This document shows positions 32,747-43,710 of a stretch of 64,000 nt of DNA, piece after piece. The notes below the pieces were generated by a model that was not told the origin of the DNA, searched no databases, and was given only the letters and a program-made list of their open reading frames with translations. The first letter of the stretch is position 1. The number at the start of each line of letters is the position of its first letter. This DNA comes from Candidatus Latescibacterota bacterium (GTDB lineage Bacteria; Latescibacterota; UBA2968; UBA8231), in the NCBI GenBank assembly GCA_965248355.1, contig OZ252098.1:4160001-4224000 (forward strand), given 5' to 3'. Position numbers and translations under genes: made by a program.

Positions 32747-33825
32747 TCGAGGATGAGCAGCCGCCGAACACCTTCCGCAAGCCCCACGGCCATTTCGCCG
32801 CCTACGCCGCCATCGACCAGACGGAGGTGGTGGCCGTGGCCGGCCGCCGGCCGGGCCGGCTGAAGATGTTCACCGAGCGCTTCGGCATCGCGAAGACCTA
32901 TCTCGATTACCGCGAGATGATCGAGAAGGAGAAGCCGGACATCGTCAGTGTCACCACCCAGGCCCGGTTCCGCGCCGAGGCGATCCTCTTCGCCGTCGAG
33001 CACGGGGTCCGCGGCATCTACGCCGAGAAGGCCCTGTGCGCCTCCCTGGCCGAGGCGGATGCCATCGCCGCGGCCTGCCGCTCGAAGGGGGTGGCCTTCA
33101 ACTTCGGCGCCGAGCGTCGTTACCACGACGGGTACGTGCGTCTGCGCCAGGCCATCGAGCGCGGCGACATCGGCCAGCCGCAGTTCGCCTTCACCTTCTG
33201 GTGCACCGATCTCATGAAGCACCACTCCCACTCCTTCGACACCGTGGCCATGCTCCTCGGGGACCCGGCGCCGGTCTGGGTGGAAGGCCGTCTCGTGGAG
33301 CCGGGCGGTCCCCTCGATCCCGGGCAGAGCCGCATGGGACCCCGCGAAGGGGACGAGATGACCCGCCAGCCCCTGCCGATCCCGGCCTACGATCCGGAGG
33401 GCCACCGCTTCGTTCCCCCGGAGGGCACGCGCTATGCCGAGCCGGTTCTCGAATTCGCCCGCGTGGGCTACGCCGACGGCACCGAGTCCGTCTTCGTGCC
33501 CCGGCTGGGAGCGACCGAGTTCGAGGTTCACGGCGACGAGGGGCGCGTCTGCGCCTGGGACGGCGGCGAGGACTTCCGCGTGCGGCGCAGATCCAATGGC
33601 GGCCACGTGGAGGAGGTGATCCGGCCCGGGGGCGAGAGCCCGACGGTCCTCATCATCCGCGAGATCGTCCGCGAGCTGGAGACGGGGCAGCGCACCAGCG
33701 GCCACATCGACCGCACCCTGCAGTCGGCCGAAGCCGAGTTCGCCGCGGCCCATTCCCACCTGCAGGGCGGCGCCCGGGTCTCGGTGCCCGTGGAGGACCG
33801 CAGCCTTTACATCCCCGGCCATTGA
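32747..33825 (+). CDS. Gfo/Idh/MocA oxidoreductase, 3' exon
   Basis: Joined to 20751-20820 it reads ...GRMGGL-L-EDEQPPNTFRKPHGHFAAY...KPDIVSVTT...IYAEKAL, giving 1149 nt in frame. Confidence 0.88.
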
Positions 33826-33860
33826 CCGCGGTCACTGAACGCCCCACCCCAGGAGAGCAC

Positions 33861-35411
33861 ATGCAGCCTCTGCCGGACTCGGCCTGCCCCCCGCGTCTGA
33901 TCTACTACAGCGACGCCCACCACTTCCACGCCAAGCGCATCGATCCGCCCCTGAGCCTGCACAAGATGCGCTGGCCCATCGACGAGCTCTCCGGCACCGG
34001 CGTGGACCTGCTCGCCTTCGGCCTCGGCTTCGGCGACGTCTACTTCCACCAGACCCGCATCGGGCGCGTCATCGGCCAGGAGCAGGAGGTCTGGGACGAG
34101 TTCATCAACTGGCGCATCATGCGCATGGTCAGGGACGCCGCGGCCCTGGGCACCGACCAGCTGCGGGAGGTGATCCGTCACGGCCGGGAGGCCGGGACCG
34201 GGGTCTTCCCCAGTCTCAAGCTGCAGGATCCGACCCCCCAGGGCGGCGACCGCTGCGGCTGGCTCAAGTGGCGCCGGGGCATGGAGGTCACCCTGGGGAC
34301 GGGGGACGACCGCTTCCCCAATCACCAGACCGAGTGGTGCTACGACTACGCCAACGCCGCCGTCCGCGAGGAGAAGCTCAGCCTGATTCGGGAGGTCCTG
34401 GAGGACTACGAAGCGGACGGCATCGAGCTCGACTTCATGTTCTTCCCCCTCTACTTCCGGCGCTCCGAGACCGAGGCTCACGTGGAGACGATGAACCGCT
34501 TCGTCGCCGACGTGCGGGCCTTGACCCGCGAGATCGGCGAGCGCCAGTCGCGGACGATCCCGGTCATGGCCCGGGTCTGGCACCGGCGCGAGGAGAACCT
34601 GGGCATCGGGCTCGACGTGGAAGCCTGGATCGCCGCCGGCGACGTCGACTTCGTCGTCGGCCAGATCCCCAACCTGTTCCTGGACCCGTGTGTCACGGAC
34701 GGACGCTGGCTGGCCGACGCCGCCAACGCGGCGGGAGTGGCCTCCTACCTGCGGCCGGGGCGCCGGCTGGAGGACCCCCGCGCCTCCATCGCCAACATCG
34801 AGATGTTCCGCGCCTTCGGCGGCACCCTGCGGTGGCAGGGGTTCACCGGGGCCTATCTGGGCTACCTGCCGTGGCCCTTCGCGGATGCGGAGTACCGCAT
34901 TCTGCGCGAGCTGGCCTTCCCCGAAGCGGCCCTGCGCCACGACAAGCGCTACTTCCTGGCGGCGCGGGAGGAACTGCCCCCCTACGTCCGGCCCGACGGC
35001 CGCCGGCTGCCCCTGGTCCTCGAGGAGGGCGCCGCCGAGACCGTCGCCGTCACCGTGGCCGACGAGATCGAGGCGGCCATCGCCGACGACGAGATCCGCG
35101 ACCCCGTGCTCACCCTGACCTTCCAGCAGTTCTGCGTGGAGGACGAGGTGGCTTTCCGCTTCAACGGCAGGGAGCTGGCCGTCGAGGGCAAGGGCACGTA
35201 CGAGCCCCGGCGCGGGCTCTTCTGGCTGCGGTGGACCCTGGACGCGGCAGAGGTCGTGCAGGGCGAGAACAGGGTCGAGCTGGAGATCGTGCGCAAGGAG
35301 AGGACCGCCGGCTTCGAGCGCACCCTCACCGGTGTCGAGATCCACATGCGCTACACCGAGTTCGACCGTCCCGAGGCGCTCGACCCCGTCAAGATTCCGC
35401 CGCCCTCATGA
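33861..35411 (+). CDS. GHL10-like TIM-barrel protein (third paralog)
   Basis: LIYYSD, FPSLKLQD, YDYANAAVR and DGIELDF motifs; AGGAG RBS. Confidence 0.7.
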   Translation: MQPLPDSACPPRLIYYSDAHHFHAKRIDPPLSLHKMRWPIDELSGTGVDLLAFGLGFGDVYFHQTRIGRVIGQEQEVWDEFINWRIMRMVRDAAALGTDQLREVIRHGREAGTGVFPSLKLQDPTPQGGDRCGWLKWRRGMEVTLGTGDDRFPNHQTEWCYDYANAAVREEKLSLIREVLEDYEADGIELDFMFFPLYFRRSETEAHVETMNRFVADVRALTREIGERQSRTIPVMARVWHRREENLGIGLDVEAWIAAGDVDFVVGQIPNLFLDPCVTDGRWLADAANAAGVASYLRPGRRLEDPRASIANIEMFRAFGGTLRWQGFTGAYLGYLPWPFADAEYRILRELAFPEAALRHDKRYFLAAREELPPYVRPDGRRLPLVLEEGAAETVAVTVADEIEAAIADDEIRDPVLTLTFQQFCVEDEVAFRFNGRELAVEGKGTYEPRRGLFWLRWTLDAAEVVQGENRVELEIVRKERTAGFERTLTGVEIHMRYTEFDRPEALDPVKIPPPS

Positions 35412-37342
35412 GACGACCCATCGACATCGACCTGCCCACCGTCACGGCAACGACGGTGACGGCGCCGCCCGAATGGGCCCTGCTGGAGCGGCGGCTCTTC
35501 GAGGTCATGGAAGAGGGGGCCGCCCTCAGGGTGAGCCGCTACTCGCAGCGCGGCGGGGTGCCCTACTACGCCGACGATGTGGACGACCTCTACGAGATGA
35601 TCCACAACTGGGGCCTGTTCTACGCCATGGGCGCGGAGGAGCGGATCCTGGACCTGGCCCTGCAGCACTGGAACGCCGTGACCCGCTTCGGGGACGACAG
35701 CATCGTCAACCGGGTGCACCCCCGCTTCACCCAGCAGGTCCACCGGGAGTACTACGGCCTCGTCCATCCCGGCGACGCGGAGTGGCACCACGCGGGGGAG
35801 GGCAACATGGCCTTCTACCACCTCTGCCTGGCCGATCCGACGATCTCGGAGAACGTGCGCCGGGCGCGGCTCTTCGCCGGGTTCTATCTGGGTGAGGACG
35901 AGAAGGCCCCCAACTTCGATCCGCGCCACAAGGTTCTGCGCTCACCTTTCCAGACGAGCCAGGGCCCCTGGCTGAGGGCCAGTCCCGAGAAGGCCCACGC
36001 CTACCTCTACGGCCCCGCCGAGCTCGGCGGTGAGATCAACTACTACGGCGCCCGCGCCACTCTCTACCCGGTGGTGCCCGACCTGGAGGCGGACTGGTGG
36101 AAGGAGCCCCGGCGCCGGAAGGAGATCGTCGGCCTCTTCGACCACATTGTCCTCAACGCCGACTCACCCAACAACCTGGGAGCGGCGGCGCTGATCACCA
36201 ACGCCTACCTGCATACGGGGGACTCCCGTTACAAGGACTGGGTCGTCGAGTACGTGAACCTGTGGATGGAGCGCATCCGGGCCAACGGCGGCGTCATCCC
36301 CGACAACGTGGGCCCCACCGGGAAGATCGGCGAGCACCGCGAGGGCTGCTGGTGGGGCGGCGTCTACGGCTGGAACAGCTACTGCGGCTTCAACATCCTC
36401 TTCCACTCGCTGACCATCGCCGCCGAGTGCGCCCTGCTGCTCACCGGCGACTACGGCTACCTCGACCTGCTTCGGTCACAGCTGCAGGTCCTCATCGACA
36501 ACGGCATCACCCGGGAGGACGGCCAGTTCCTGCAGGCCGTGCGCCACGGTCCGGAGGGCTGGGGTCACAAGATGTGGCACCCCGTCACCGGGCTCGACCA
36601 GCCGGTGCGCATGAACGAGCTGGCCCACCTCTACCACGGCTCCCTGTCGCGGCAGGACCGCGAGCTGCTCACCTGGGTCAGGGAGCGGGACGTGACCATC
36701 GACTGGAGCGCCAACGAGGTCGAGGGGCCGGACTTCTACAAGGGCGTCCACGAGTACCCGAGGTTCCAGTACTACGACGGGAAGAACCCGGACTGGCCGG
36801 CGGCCATCCTGCGGGCCGAGCTGGAGAGCGCCCTGAAGGTCTACCGCGAGCTGTCCGGGGAGGAGCGCACCGTACAGGAGATCATCGAGGACAACCACCA
36901 TCCCCCGAATCCCGTGCACACCAAGGTCCTCACCAACGTCATGCTGGGCGCGCCGCAACCGGTCTATCACGGCGGCCTGCTGCGGGCGACGGTGCGCTAC
37001 TTCGACCCGGACAACGCCCGCCCCGGCATCCCGCGGGAGGTGGCCGCCCTGGTGGACCAGCTCGAGGCGGACCGCGTCGGCCTGCAACTGGTGAACCTGG
37101 ATCCCGCCGGCAGGCGGCGGGTCGTGGTCCAGGCCGGGGCCTTCGGCGAGCACGATTTCACCGAGGTCCGCGTCGACGCCGGGGAGTCGACCCAGGTCAC
37201 CAAGGTGGAGGGCCGGCATTTCGCCGTGGAGCTGCAGCCGGCGACGGCCATCCGCCTCGAGGCGGGCATGCGCCGCTTCGTCAACGCTCCCTCCCATGCC
37301 TTCCCCTGGCACGGGGACGGGATTCCCGTGCCCTTCCAGTGA
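35408..37342 (+). CDS. Uncharacterised ~645-aa protein, paralog B
   Basis: Same motif set as paralog A; ATGA overlap with the upstream gene. Confidence 0.8.
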   Translation: MRRPIDIDLPTVTATTVTAPPEWALLERRLFEVMEEGAALRVSRYSQRGGVPYYADDVDDLYEMIHNWGLFYAMGAEERILDLALQHWNAVTRFGDDSIVNRVHPRFTQQVHREYYGLVHPGDAEWHHAGEGNMAFYHLCLADPTISENVRRARLFAGFYLGEDEKAPNFDPRHKVLRSPFQTSQGPWLRASPEKAHAYLYGPAELGGEINYYGARATLYPVVPDLEADWWKEPRRRKEIVGLFDHIVLNADSPNNLGAAALITNAYLHTGDSRYKDWVVEYVNLWMERIRANGGVIPDNVGPTGKIGEHREGCWWGGVYGWNSYCGFNILFHSLTIAAECALLLTGDYGYLDLLRSQLQVLIDNGITREDGQFLQAVRHGPEGWGHKMWHPVTGLDQPVRMNELAHLYHGSLSRQDRELLTWVRERDVTIDWSANEVEGPDFYKGVHEYPRFQYYDGKNPDWPAAILRAELESALKVYRELSGEERTVQEIIEDNHHPPNPVHTKVLTNVMLGAPQPVYHGGLLRATVRYFDPDNARPGIPREVAALVDQLEADRVGLQLVNLDPAGRRRVVVQAGAFGEHDFTEVRVDAGESTQVTKVEGRHFAVELQPATAIRLEAGMRRFVNAPSHAFPWHGDGIPVPFQ

Positions 37343-37353
37343 CAGGAGGACGG

Positions 37354-39345
37354 ATGTCGGCCCCTCTCCAATACGGCCCCTCCATCGCCGCCTCGCAGAT
37401 AGCCTCCCCGCCGGAATGGGCCCGTCTCCAGCGCCGCCTCATCGAGGTGGGCGAGCAGAACGCGGCCCTCATGGTGGAGAAGCACTGCGCTCCGGGCGGC
37501 ATGATGTACTACGTCGACGATATCGACGACTACTACGAGAAGGTGGACAACTGGAGCGTGTTCTACGCCATGGGCGGCGCCCGCAAGGTCTTCGACGACG
37601 CCATGATGATCTGGAACGCGTCGACGCGGACCAACGGCCCCCGGGGCAATCCCGTCTTCGGCTGGATGCTGCCCCAGCTCTACAACGAGTACTACTGCCT
37701 GGGCCGGCAGGAGGAGTCGACCTGGGTTCCGGGGCGCCGCATGGTGAACGAGTGGCACCACCACTCCGAGGGCAACATGGCCTTCTACGGCTTCGGCCTC
37801 GCCGACCCGGAGATCCCCGAGAACGTCGACCGCGCCCGCCGCTTCGCGGACATGTTCATCGGCGCCGACCCGGAGGCCCCGAACTGGGACGCCCGCCACC
37901 GCATCATCCGCTCCCCCTTCCCCACGAGCCGGGGGCCCGTCTTCGAGGTCACCCTGGAAAACGCCATGGCCGAGCTGCACGGCAGCCGCGTCCACGTGGC
38001 CGGGGAGGACTACCTGTTCAAGGAGATGGGCACCAAGACGACCCTGCGGCCCCGCCTCGACAGCCTGGAGGATGGCTGGTGGAAGAAGCCGGCGCGGGCG
38101 GCCGAGGTCCTGAAGCTCTTCAACCACATGGTCCTCGACGGCGACGTGGCCAACAACCTGGCCGCCTGCAGTCTGGTGACCAACGCCTATCTCTACACCG
38201 GCGAGGAGCGGTACAAGAAGTGGGTCCTGGACTACGTCGAGGCGTGGATGGACCGCATCCGGAAAAACGGCGGCATCATCCCCGACAACGTGGGCCCCAA
38301 CGGCATCATCGGCGAGCACCGCGACGGCCAGTGGTGGGGCGGCCTGATGGGCTGGAGCTACTACATGGGCTTCAACATCATCTTCCACGGCCTCATCTCC
38401 GCCGCCGAATGCGCCCAGCTGCTCACCGGCGACGCGGGGTATCTCGACATCCTCCGCTCCCAGCTGAAGGTTGTGGCCGACAACGCCGTCACCGGCCGCG
38501 ACGGACAGCTCCTCGTCCGCTACCGGCACGACCACCGGGGCTGGGTCGACGAGAACGAGTACGGCCATCTCGGCGCCTCGCCGATGCGGGGCAAGGACCT
38601 GGCCCACCTCTGCCACGCCTCCCTCGCTCCGGAGGACTGCGAGTTGTTCAGGCACTTCCGCGACGGCGAGGTCCGGCGCGACTGGAACGAGATGCTCGGG
38701 GCCAGCGAGAAGGACCAGGGCGAGTCGGAGCTGGCCCGCTTCAACTACTACGACGGCCTCAACCCGGACTGGCCGGTGAGGATCCTGCGCCACGAGTTGG
38801 ACGACGCCCTGGGGCGCCGGCAGCGCCTCCTGAGCGAGGACCGCACGCCGCAGGAGCTCGTGGACCAGCACGCCCACCCCGTAAACGGCATCCGCTCGCG
38901 GGCCCTCATCCAGACCATGCTGGGCTGCCCGCAGATGGTCTACAACGGCAGCCTGCTGCGGGCGACGGTGCGCTACTTCGACGCGCGGGCGAAGCGGCCC
39001 GGCCTGCCCGCCGACACGGCCGCCCTCGTGGAGGAGATCCGGCCGGACGGAGCCGCCGTGCGTCTGGTGAATCTGAGCGCCTCCGATGAAGCGGCGATCA
39101 TCGTGCAGGCCGGCGCCTTCGGAGAGCACGCCTTCACCGAGGCGACCTGGCGCGAAGGCGAGGAGACCCGGCAGCGGCCGGTGGAAGGGAGATTCCTGAC
39201 GGTGACGCTGCCCGCGTCGACTTCCATCCGCCTGGACCTGGGGATGGAGCGCTTCGTCAACACCCCGTCGTACGCCCACCCCTGGCACGATGACGGGATC
39301 CAGGCCGCCTCCGAGCCGGAGATGCCGCCCGGCTACCCTTACTGA
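37354..39345 (+). CDS. Uncharacterised ~660-aa protein, paralog C
   Basis: Same motif set; AGGAGG RBS. Confidence 0.8.
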   Translation: MSAPLQYGPSIAASQIASPPEWARLQRRLIEVGEQNAALMVEKHCAPGGMMYYVDDIDDYYEKVDNWSVFYAMGGARKVFDDAMMIWNASTRTNGPRGNPVFGWMLPQLYNEYYCLGRQEESTWVPGRRMVNEWHHHSEGNMAFYGFGLADPEIPENVDRARRFADMFIGADPEAPNWDARHRIIRSPFPTSRGPVFEVTLENAMAELHGSRVHVAGEDYLFKEMGTKTTLRPRLDSLEDGWWKKPARAAEVLKLFNHMVLDGDVANNLAACSLVTNAYLYTGEERYKKWVLDYVEAWMDRIRKNGGIIPDNVGPNGIIGEHRDGQWWGGLMGWSYYMGFNIIFHGLISAAECAQLLTGDAGYLDILRSQLKVVADNAVTGRDGQLLVRYRHDHRGWVDENEYGHLGASPMRGKDLAHLCHASLAPEDCELFRHFRDGEVRRDWNEMLGASEKDQGESELARFNYYDGLNPDWPVRILRHELDDALGRRQRLLSEDRTPQELVDQHAHPVNGIRSRALIQTMLGCPQMVYNGSLLRATVRYFDARAKRPGLPADTAALVEEIRPDGAAVRLVNLSASDEAAIIVQAGAFGEHAFTEATWREGEETRQRPVEGRFLTVTLPASTSIRLDLGMERFVNTPSYAHPWHDDGIQAASEPEMPPGYPY

Positions 39346-40495
39346 TGGCCAGCCGGCACAAGTACCGTGTGGCCGTCATCGGCTGCGGCAGCCACGGCAC
39401 GCGCCTGCGCGGACCTTCGATCTGGACCCGCGGTGCCGGGTGGTGTGCGGGGCCAACAGGGGGCGGGAAGGACGGGACCTGTTCTGCGAGCGGTTCGGCG
39501 GCCTGCCCGGTTACCAGGACTACCGGCAGCTGCTCGCCGAGGAGGAGTTCGAGATCGCCCTGCTGGCCCTCCCGGTCTCCGTGAACCCCGAGGTCGTCGC
39601 CGCCTGCGCCGGGAAGGAGGGGGTCGCCGGCATCTTCAGCGAGAAACCGGTGGCTGTCAGTCTCGCCGAAGCCGACGGCGCCGTCGAAGCCTGCGCCGCC
39701 CGCGGCATCCCCTGGTCGGCGGGGGACATGTTTCGCAACGCCCCCGAGATCTGGACCGCCAGGCGCCTGGTCGAGTCCGGCGAGATCGGCGAAGTGCAGT
39801 CGATTGACATCTACGGCTGCGGCGGCAACCAGATGTCGGGCCAGGGCTGCCGGCAGCTCTCCGACGGCTTCATGTTCGCCGGCGACGCGGAGGTCGATTG
39901 GGTGGTGGGAGCCGTCGACGGGGATCCGGCCGACGCCCATCTGGGCCGCATCGACGAGCACAGCGACCATGATCAGGGGATCGCCTTCGGAGTCATCGGG
40001 TTCGCGAACGGCCTCACCGCCCACCTGCACCGGAACGTCTCGGCGAAGAATGGAATCGAGGTGCTGGGTTCCGACGGTGTGTTGTTCATCGGGCAAAGCC
40101 GCGTCGGAGAGATCCGGCGCCGGGACGGGCGCCATCTCAAGCCGGCCCGCAGCCTGTTCCCGCACCCCGACCCGGGGCAGGCCGCCCTCCACCAGTACGA
40201 CGAGGAGGGCTGGGAGATCCCTCGCACGCGCATGAGCGACAGCGTCGCGGCTTTCCTCGACGCCGTCGAGAGCGGGGTTTCCGTGAAGTGCTCGGGCGCC
40301 GACATGCGCAAGGCCCTGGAGGTGGCGGTCGCCATCCGCGAGTCCCATCGGCGCGGCGTCGTCAGGGTGGATCTCCCTCTCCAGGACCGCAGCCTCCGCA
40401 TCATCCCCAGCCTTCGCCGCTACCTCGGACGCCGGGAGTCGGAGGGCACCGAGGCCTTCCTCGCCCACATCCGCGGCCACAAGCGGGACAATTGA
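39345..40495 (+). pseudogene. Gfo/Idh/MocA oxidoreductase with one frameshift (possibly a sequencing error)
   Basis: YRVAVIGCGSHG, then a frame change at ~39405-39410 into ARTFDLD...SEKPVA; paralog of the ORF at 43711. Confidence 0.8.
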
Positions 40496-41403
40496 TGCCC
40501 TCGTTCCCCAGCTCCGAAATGAGCGCCGTGGCCGGAGACGTTCCCGGCCGCATCGGGTTCTTCGTCAAGGATCTCGAAACCGGGCTGCAGTGCGAATACA
40601 ACGCCGGCGAGCCCCTGCCCACGGCCAGCACCATCAAGGTGGCGGCCCTGATCGAGGTCTTCCGCCAGGCGGAGGAGGGTCTGCTGTCGCTCGATGATCG
40701 GCACCGCGTTCCCCGGACCGTCTCCGCCCAGGGCACCGGGGTGTTGAGCCGGACCCGGGACGATCCGGAGCTGACGGTGCGCGACTACTGCCGGCTCATG
40801 ATGGCCGTCAGCGACAACGTCGCCACCGACACCCTTGTCGGCCTCGTGACTCCCGAAGCCATCAACGCCGCCATGGAGGCCATGGGCTTCCACCACACGC
40901 GCTTTCCCATGCCCATCGGCGTCTGGCACTACCTCATGGAGGGCATCACGGAGACGCCGTCGCGGGAGAACGACGAGCTGAAGCTCGCCGGCCGGCTGAG
41001 CGGCGACGGCGACCGGGACCTGCCCTTCGCCAGCTCTCTCGACAACAACGTCGCCTCCGCCCGCGATCTGGCCCGGATGATGGAGATGATGCATCGGGGG
41101 GAGATCATCAGCTCCGATGCCTGTGCGCAGATGTTGGAGATGATGAAGAAACCGAGGAGCCCGAACCGCATCCGGCAGTACCTCAAGCCGGAGATCGAGG
41201 CGGCGCGCAAGAACGGCGGCAGCGGCCGCATCAAGGCCGACGCCGGCGTCGTCTACCTGCCCTCGGGTCCCCTGGTCATCGCGGCCCTCGCCACCACCGA
41301 CACGCGGGAGGAGTCGCAGATCGGGATGGACGCCATCGGCGAGATCAGCCGGTTGGCGATGGCGGCCCTGTCACCCGGAAGCGTGCTCGAACCAGATGAG
41401 TAG
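40495..41403 (+). CDS. Class A beta-lactamase-like serine hydrolase (no signal peptide)
   Basis: ASTIK (SxxK), SDN, and KNG in place of KTG. Confidence 0.8.
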   Translation: MPSFPSSEMSAVAGDVPGRIGFFVKDLETGLQCEYNAGEPLPTASTIKVAALIEVFRQAEEGLLSLDDRHRVPRTVSAQGTGVLSRTRDDPELTVRDYCRLMMAVSDNVATDTLVGLVTPEAINAAMEAMGFHHTRFPMPIGVWHYLMEGITETPSRENDELKLAGRLSGDGDRDLPFASSLDNNVASARDLARMMEMMHRGEIISSDACAQMLEMMKKPRSPNRIRQYLKPEIEAARKNGGSGRIKADAGVVYLPSGPLVIAALATTDTREESQIGMDAIGEISRLAMAALSPGSVLEPDE

Positions 41404-42433
41404 GAAAGACTCCATGTCCATCGATGCCGCAAAGCTCCACCGCGAGAGTCTCGTGATCGACTCCCACAACGACACCGCAGTCACCCTGATCAGTCACGGG
41501 GATCTGGATCTGGAAGGAAGGCCGCGGAACGATCGCGCCGGCTTCGTGGCCCACCTGAGAAAGCGCCTGCCGGCCGGCACGCGGGGTCCGCAGCTCACCC
41601 TGACCCTGTTGCGCGAAAGCGGTATCGACGTGGCCTTCTTCGCCGTGGACAACACTTCCGCCTGGGGCCACCACCTCCTCTACGTGATGGATGCCCACGG
41701 GTACCTGCTGCGGGAGATTCACGAGCACGACCACTGGATCCGCATCGTCCGGAGCTGCGCCGAGATCGACGCCAACCGGGAGGAAGGCCGTCTTGGCGCG
41801 CTCCTGACCGTCGAGAACTCGGAGGCCCTCGAGGGCTCCCTATACGTCCTCGACGCCCTGTACGAACTGGGTATACGGTCCTTGACCCTGACCCACTCCG
41901 CCCGCACCCGGGCGGGGGATGGTTGCGAGGTGGAAGGCGGCGGCGGCTTGACGGCCTTCGGACGGCAGGTCGTCAGGCGAATGGAGGACTTGGGGATGCT
42001 CGTTGACGTGTCCCACCTGAACGACCGCGGGTTCGAGGACGTCCTCGACGTGGCGAGCCGTCCCGTCATCGCCTCGCACAGTTGCTGCAGGGCCTTGTGC
42101 GGAGACCTCAGGAACCTGACCGACGGACAGCTTCGCCGCCTCGGCGAGACCGGGGGCGTCGTCGGCATCACCTACGTACCCTGGTTCATCGACACGGAAG
42201 ACCCACCGACCCTGGCCCGCCTCGTGGACCACATCCTGCACGCCCTCGAGGTCGCCGGCGAGGATGCGGTCGGCCTGGGATCGGACTTCGACGGCGGTGG
42301 GGACCTGTTCGCCGACGCCTCTCAGGTGCCGTCGATCACCGAAGAGCTCCTACGCCGCGGCGTCGGCGAGGCGGTGGTCGTCAAGGTGCTGGGGGGCAAC
42401 CACCGAAGGCTGCTGGAGACCACCGTCGGGTAG
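41396..42433 (+). CDS. Membrane dipeptidase (M19 family)
   Basis: IDSHND, TVEN, DVSH, ASHS and LGSDFDG motifs. Confidence 0.9.
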   Translation: MSRKDSMSIDAAKLHRESLVIDSHNDTAVTLISHGDLDLEGRPRNDRAGFVAHLRKRLPAGTRGPQLTLTLLRESGIDVAFFAVDNTSAWGHHLLYVMDAHGYLLREIHEHDHWIRIVRSCAEIDANREEGRLGALLTVENSEALEGSLYVLDALYELGIRSLTLTHSARTRAGDGCEVEGGGGLTAFGRQVVRRMEDLGMLVDVSHLNDRGFEDVLDVASRPVIASHSCCRALCGDLRNLTDGQLRRLGETGGVVGITYVPWFIDTEDPPTLARLVDHILHALEVAGEDAVGLGSDFDGGGDLFADASQVPSITEELLRRGVGEAVVVKVLGGNHRRLLETTVG

Positions 42434-42533
42434 TGGGCGACGCCATCCCCGGAAGGCAGCTGCAGCCGCGTCCGGTCGCGGCAGATCGCCGCGGGAGAGG
42501 AAGGCGCCGCGCCCATGCGTGGACCACCCCTGT

Positions 42534-43706
42534 CTACCGGGCGCGCACGGCCCGGCCGATGTTGCGCAGCTGTTCCAGTGTCAGCAGGCCGTAGTTGTAG
42601 AAGGTGACGCCGCCGGCGCCGGCCTCGCGGGCGGCCGCCAGTTGCTCCGCGATCGGCTCCGCCTCGCGCAGGTCTCCGACGGGGCTCAGGAACACCGTCC
42701 CGCCCGGGGCGATCATCCCTTCCAGCTCGCGGACCCGCTCGCCGGGCTCCTCCCCTTCGCGCAGGGTGTAGCTGAGCCGGTCCACCCGCCGGTTGATGAT
42801 CGGGTCGAGATCGTTGGCCAGCGCCCGGTCCGGGCTCGCCAGGTCGGCCTGCACCCTGGCCCCCCGGCTGCGGATCACCTCCGCCACCTGGAGCCACAGA
42901 TCCGTCGTCTGCCGTCGCGAGATCTCGAGATAGCGCTGCAGGCGGCCGTCGAAGGCCTCGGCGATCCAGGCGCCGGTGGCCGGCTCGTCCATGGCGGGAT
43001 CGGCGCCGGCGGCCAGCCGCGGGCGCATCCAGTCCACCAGGTCCCGCCGCAACGGCTCGGCCTCCAGGCCGGCGGCGTCGGCGAAGGCCATGGAGGCCGG
43101 GTTGAAGCAGAGACCCAGGAGGAACCGGCAGCGCTCCGGCATCTCGGCCCGCCTCTTGCCGGGCATGGAGAACCCGCGCCTGGCCAGGGACTCCACCCAC
43201 ACGGCGTCGGGCCGGAAGCGCTCCAGGACCTCTTCGGTGAGGGCCTGGAAGTAGTCCCTCACGTCTTGCGGCGCCGTGCTCAGCGCTCCCACGTGCGGGG
43301 TCCCGAAGGCGTCGTGCCGGGCGAACTCCGGGTAGCGTTCGGACAGGTGGTTCTGAAAGGTGTAGACCATCCAGGCCGAGAACCCGAGGCCCCGCCCGCG
43401 GATGGCCTCCACCATGCGGTCGAACCAGGCGGGGTCCGTGACCTCCCGGCTCACCCGGGGGCTGATGCGCGTCCCCTCGTAGCGGGACAGGTCCGGGGAG
43501 AAGTACACGGCGCCGTTCTCGCCGAAGTAGACGGGCCGCTTGGGGTTGTGGGGCAGATAGTACTCGGAGCGGTGGTAGCAGGGGGTGAGCAGGACCTCGC
43601 CGCAGGCGGCCAGGTCGGCGATGCGGCCCAGGGAAACCTCCAGGCCCTCGTCCGCCAGATCCCAGGGATAGGTGTAGAGGGATACGACGAAGGAGTCCGT
43701 GCTCAC
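42534..43706 (-). CDS. TIM-barrel glycoside-hydrolase-like hypothetical protein
   Basis: YTYPWDLADEG, YH, AVYFSPD, VWVES and FYNYG motifs. Confidence 0.55.
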   Translation of the reverse strand: MSTDSFVVSLYTYPWDLADEGLEVSLGRIADLAACGEVLLTPCYHRSEYYLPHNPKRPVYFGENGAVYFSPDLSRYEGTRISPRVSREVTDPAWFDRMVEAIRGRGLGFSAWMVYTFQNHLSERYPEFARHDAFGTPHVGALSTAPQDVRDYFQALTEEVLERFRPDAVWVESLARRGFSMPGKRRAEMPERCRFLLGLCFNPASMAFADAAGLEAEPLRRDLVDWMRPRLAAGADPAMDEPATGAWIAEAFDGRLQRYLEISRRQTTDLWLQVAEVIRSRGARVQADLASPDRALANDLDPIINRRVDRLSYTLREGEEPGERVRELEGMIAPGGTVFLSPVGDLREAEPIAEQLAAAREAGAGGVTFYNYGLLTLEQLRNIGRAVRAR

Positions 43707-43710
43707 TTCA

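Noticed and set aside
40495..41403. Antibiotic-resistance beta-lactamase
   Set aside because: No signal peptide, KNG in place of KTG, and a position inside a metabolic operon make a cytoplasmic serine hydrolase more likely.
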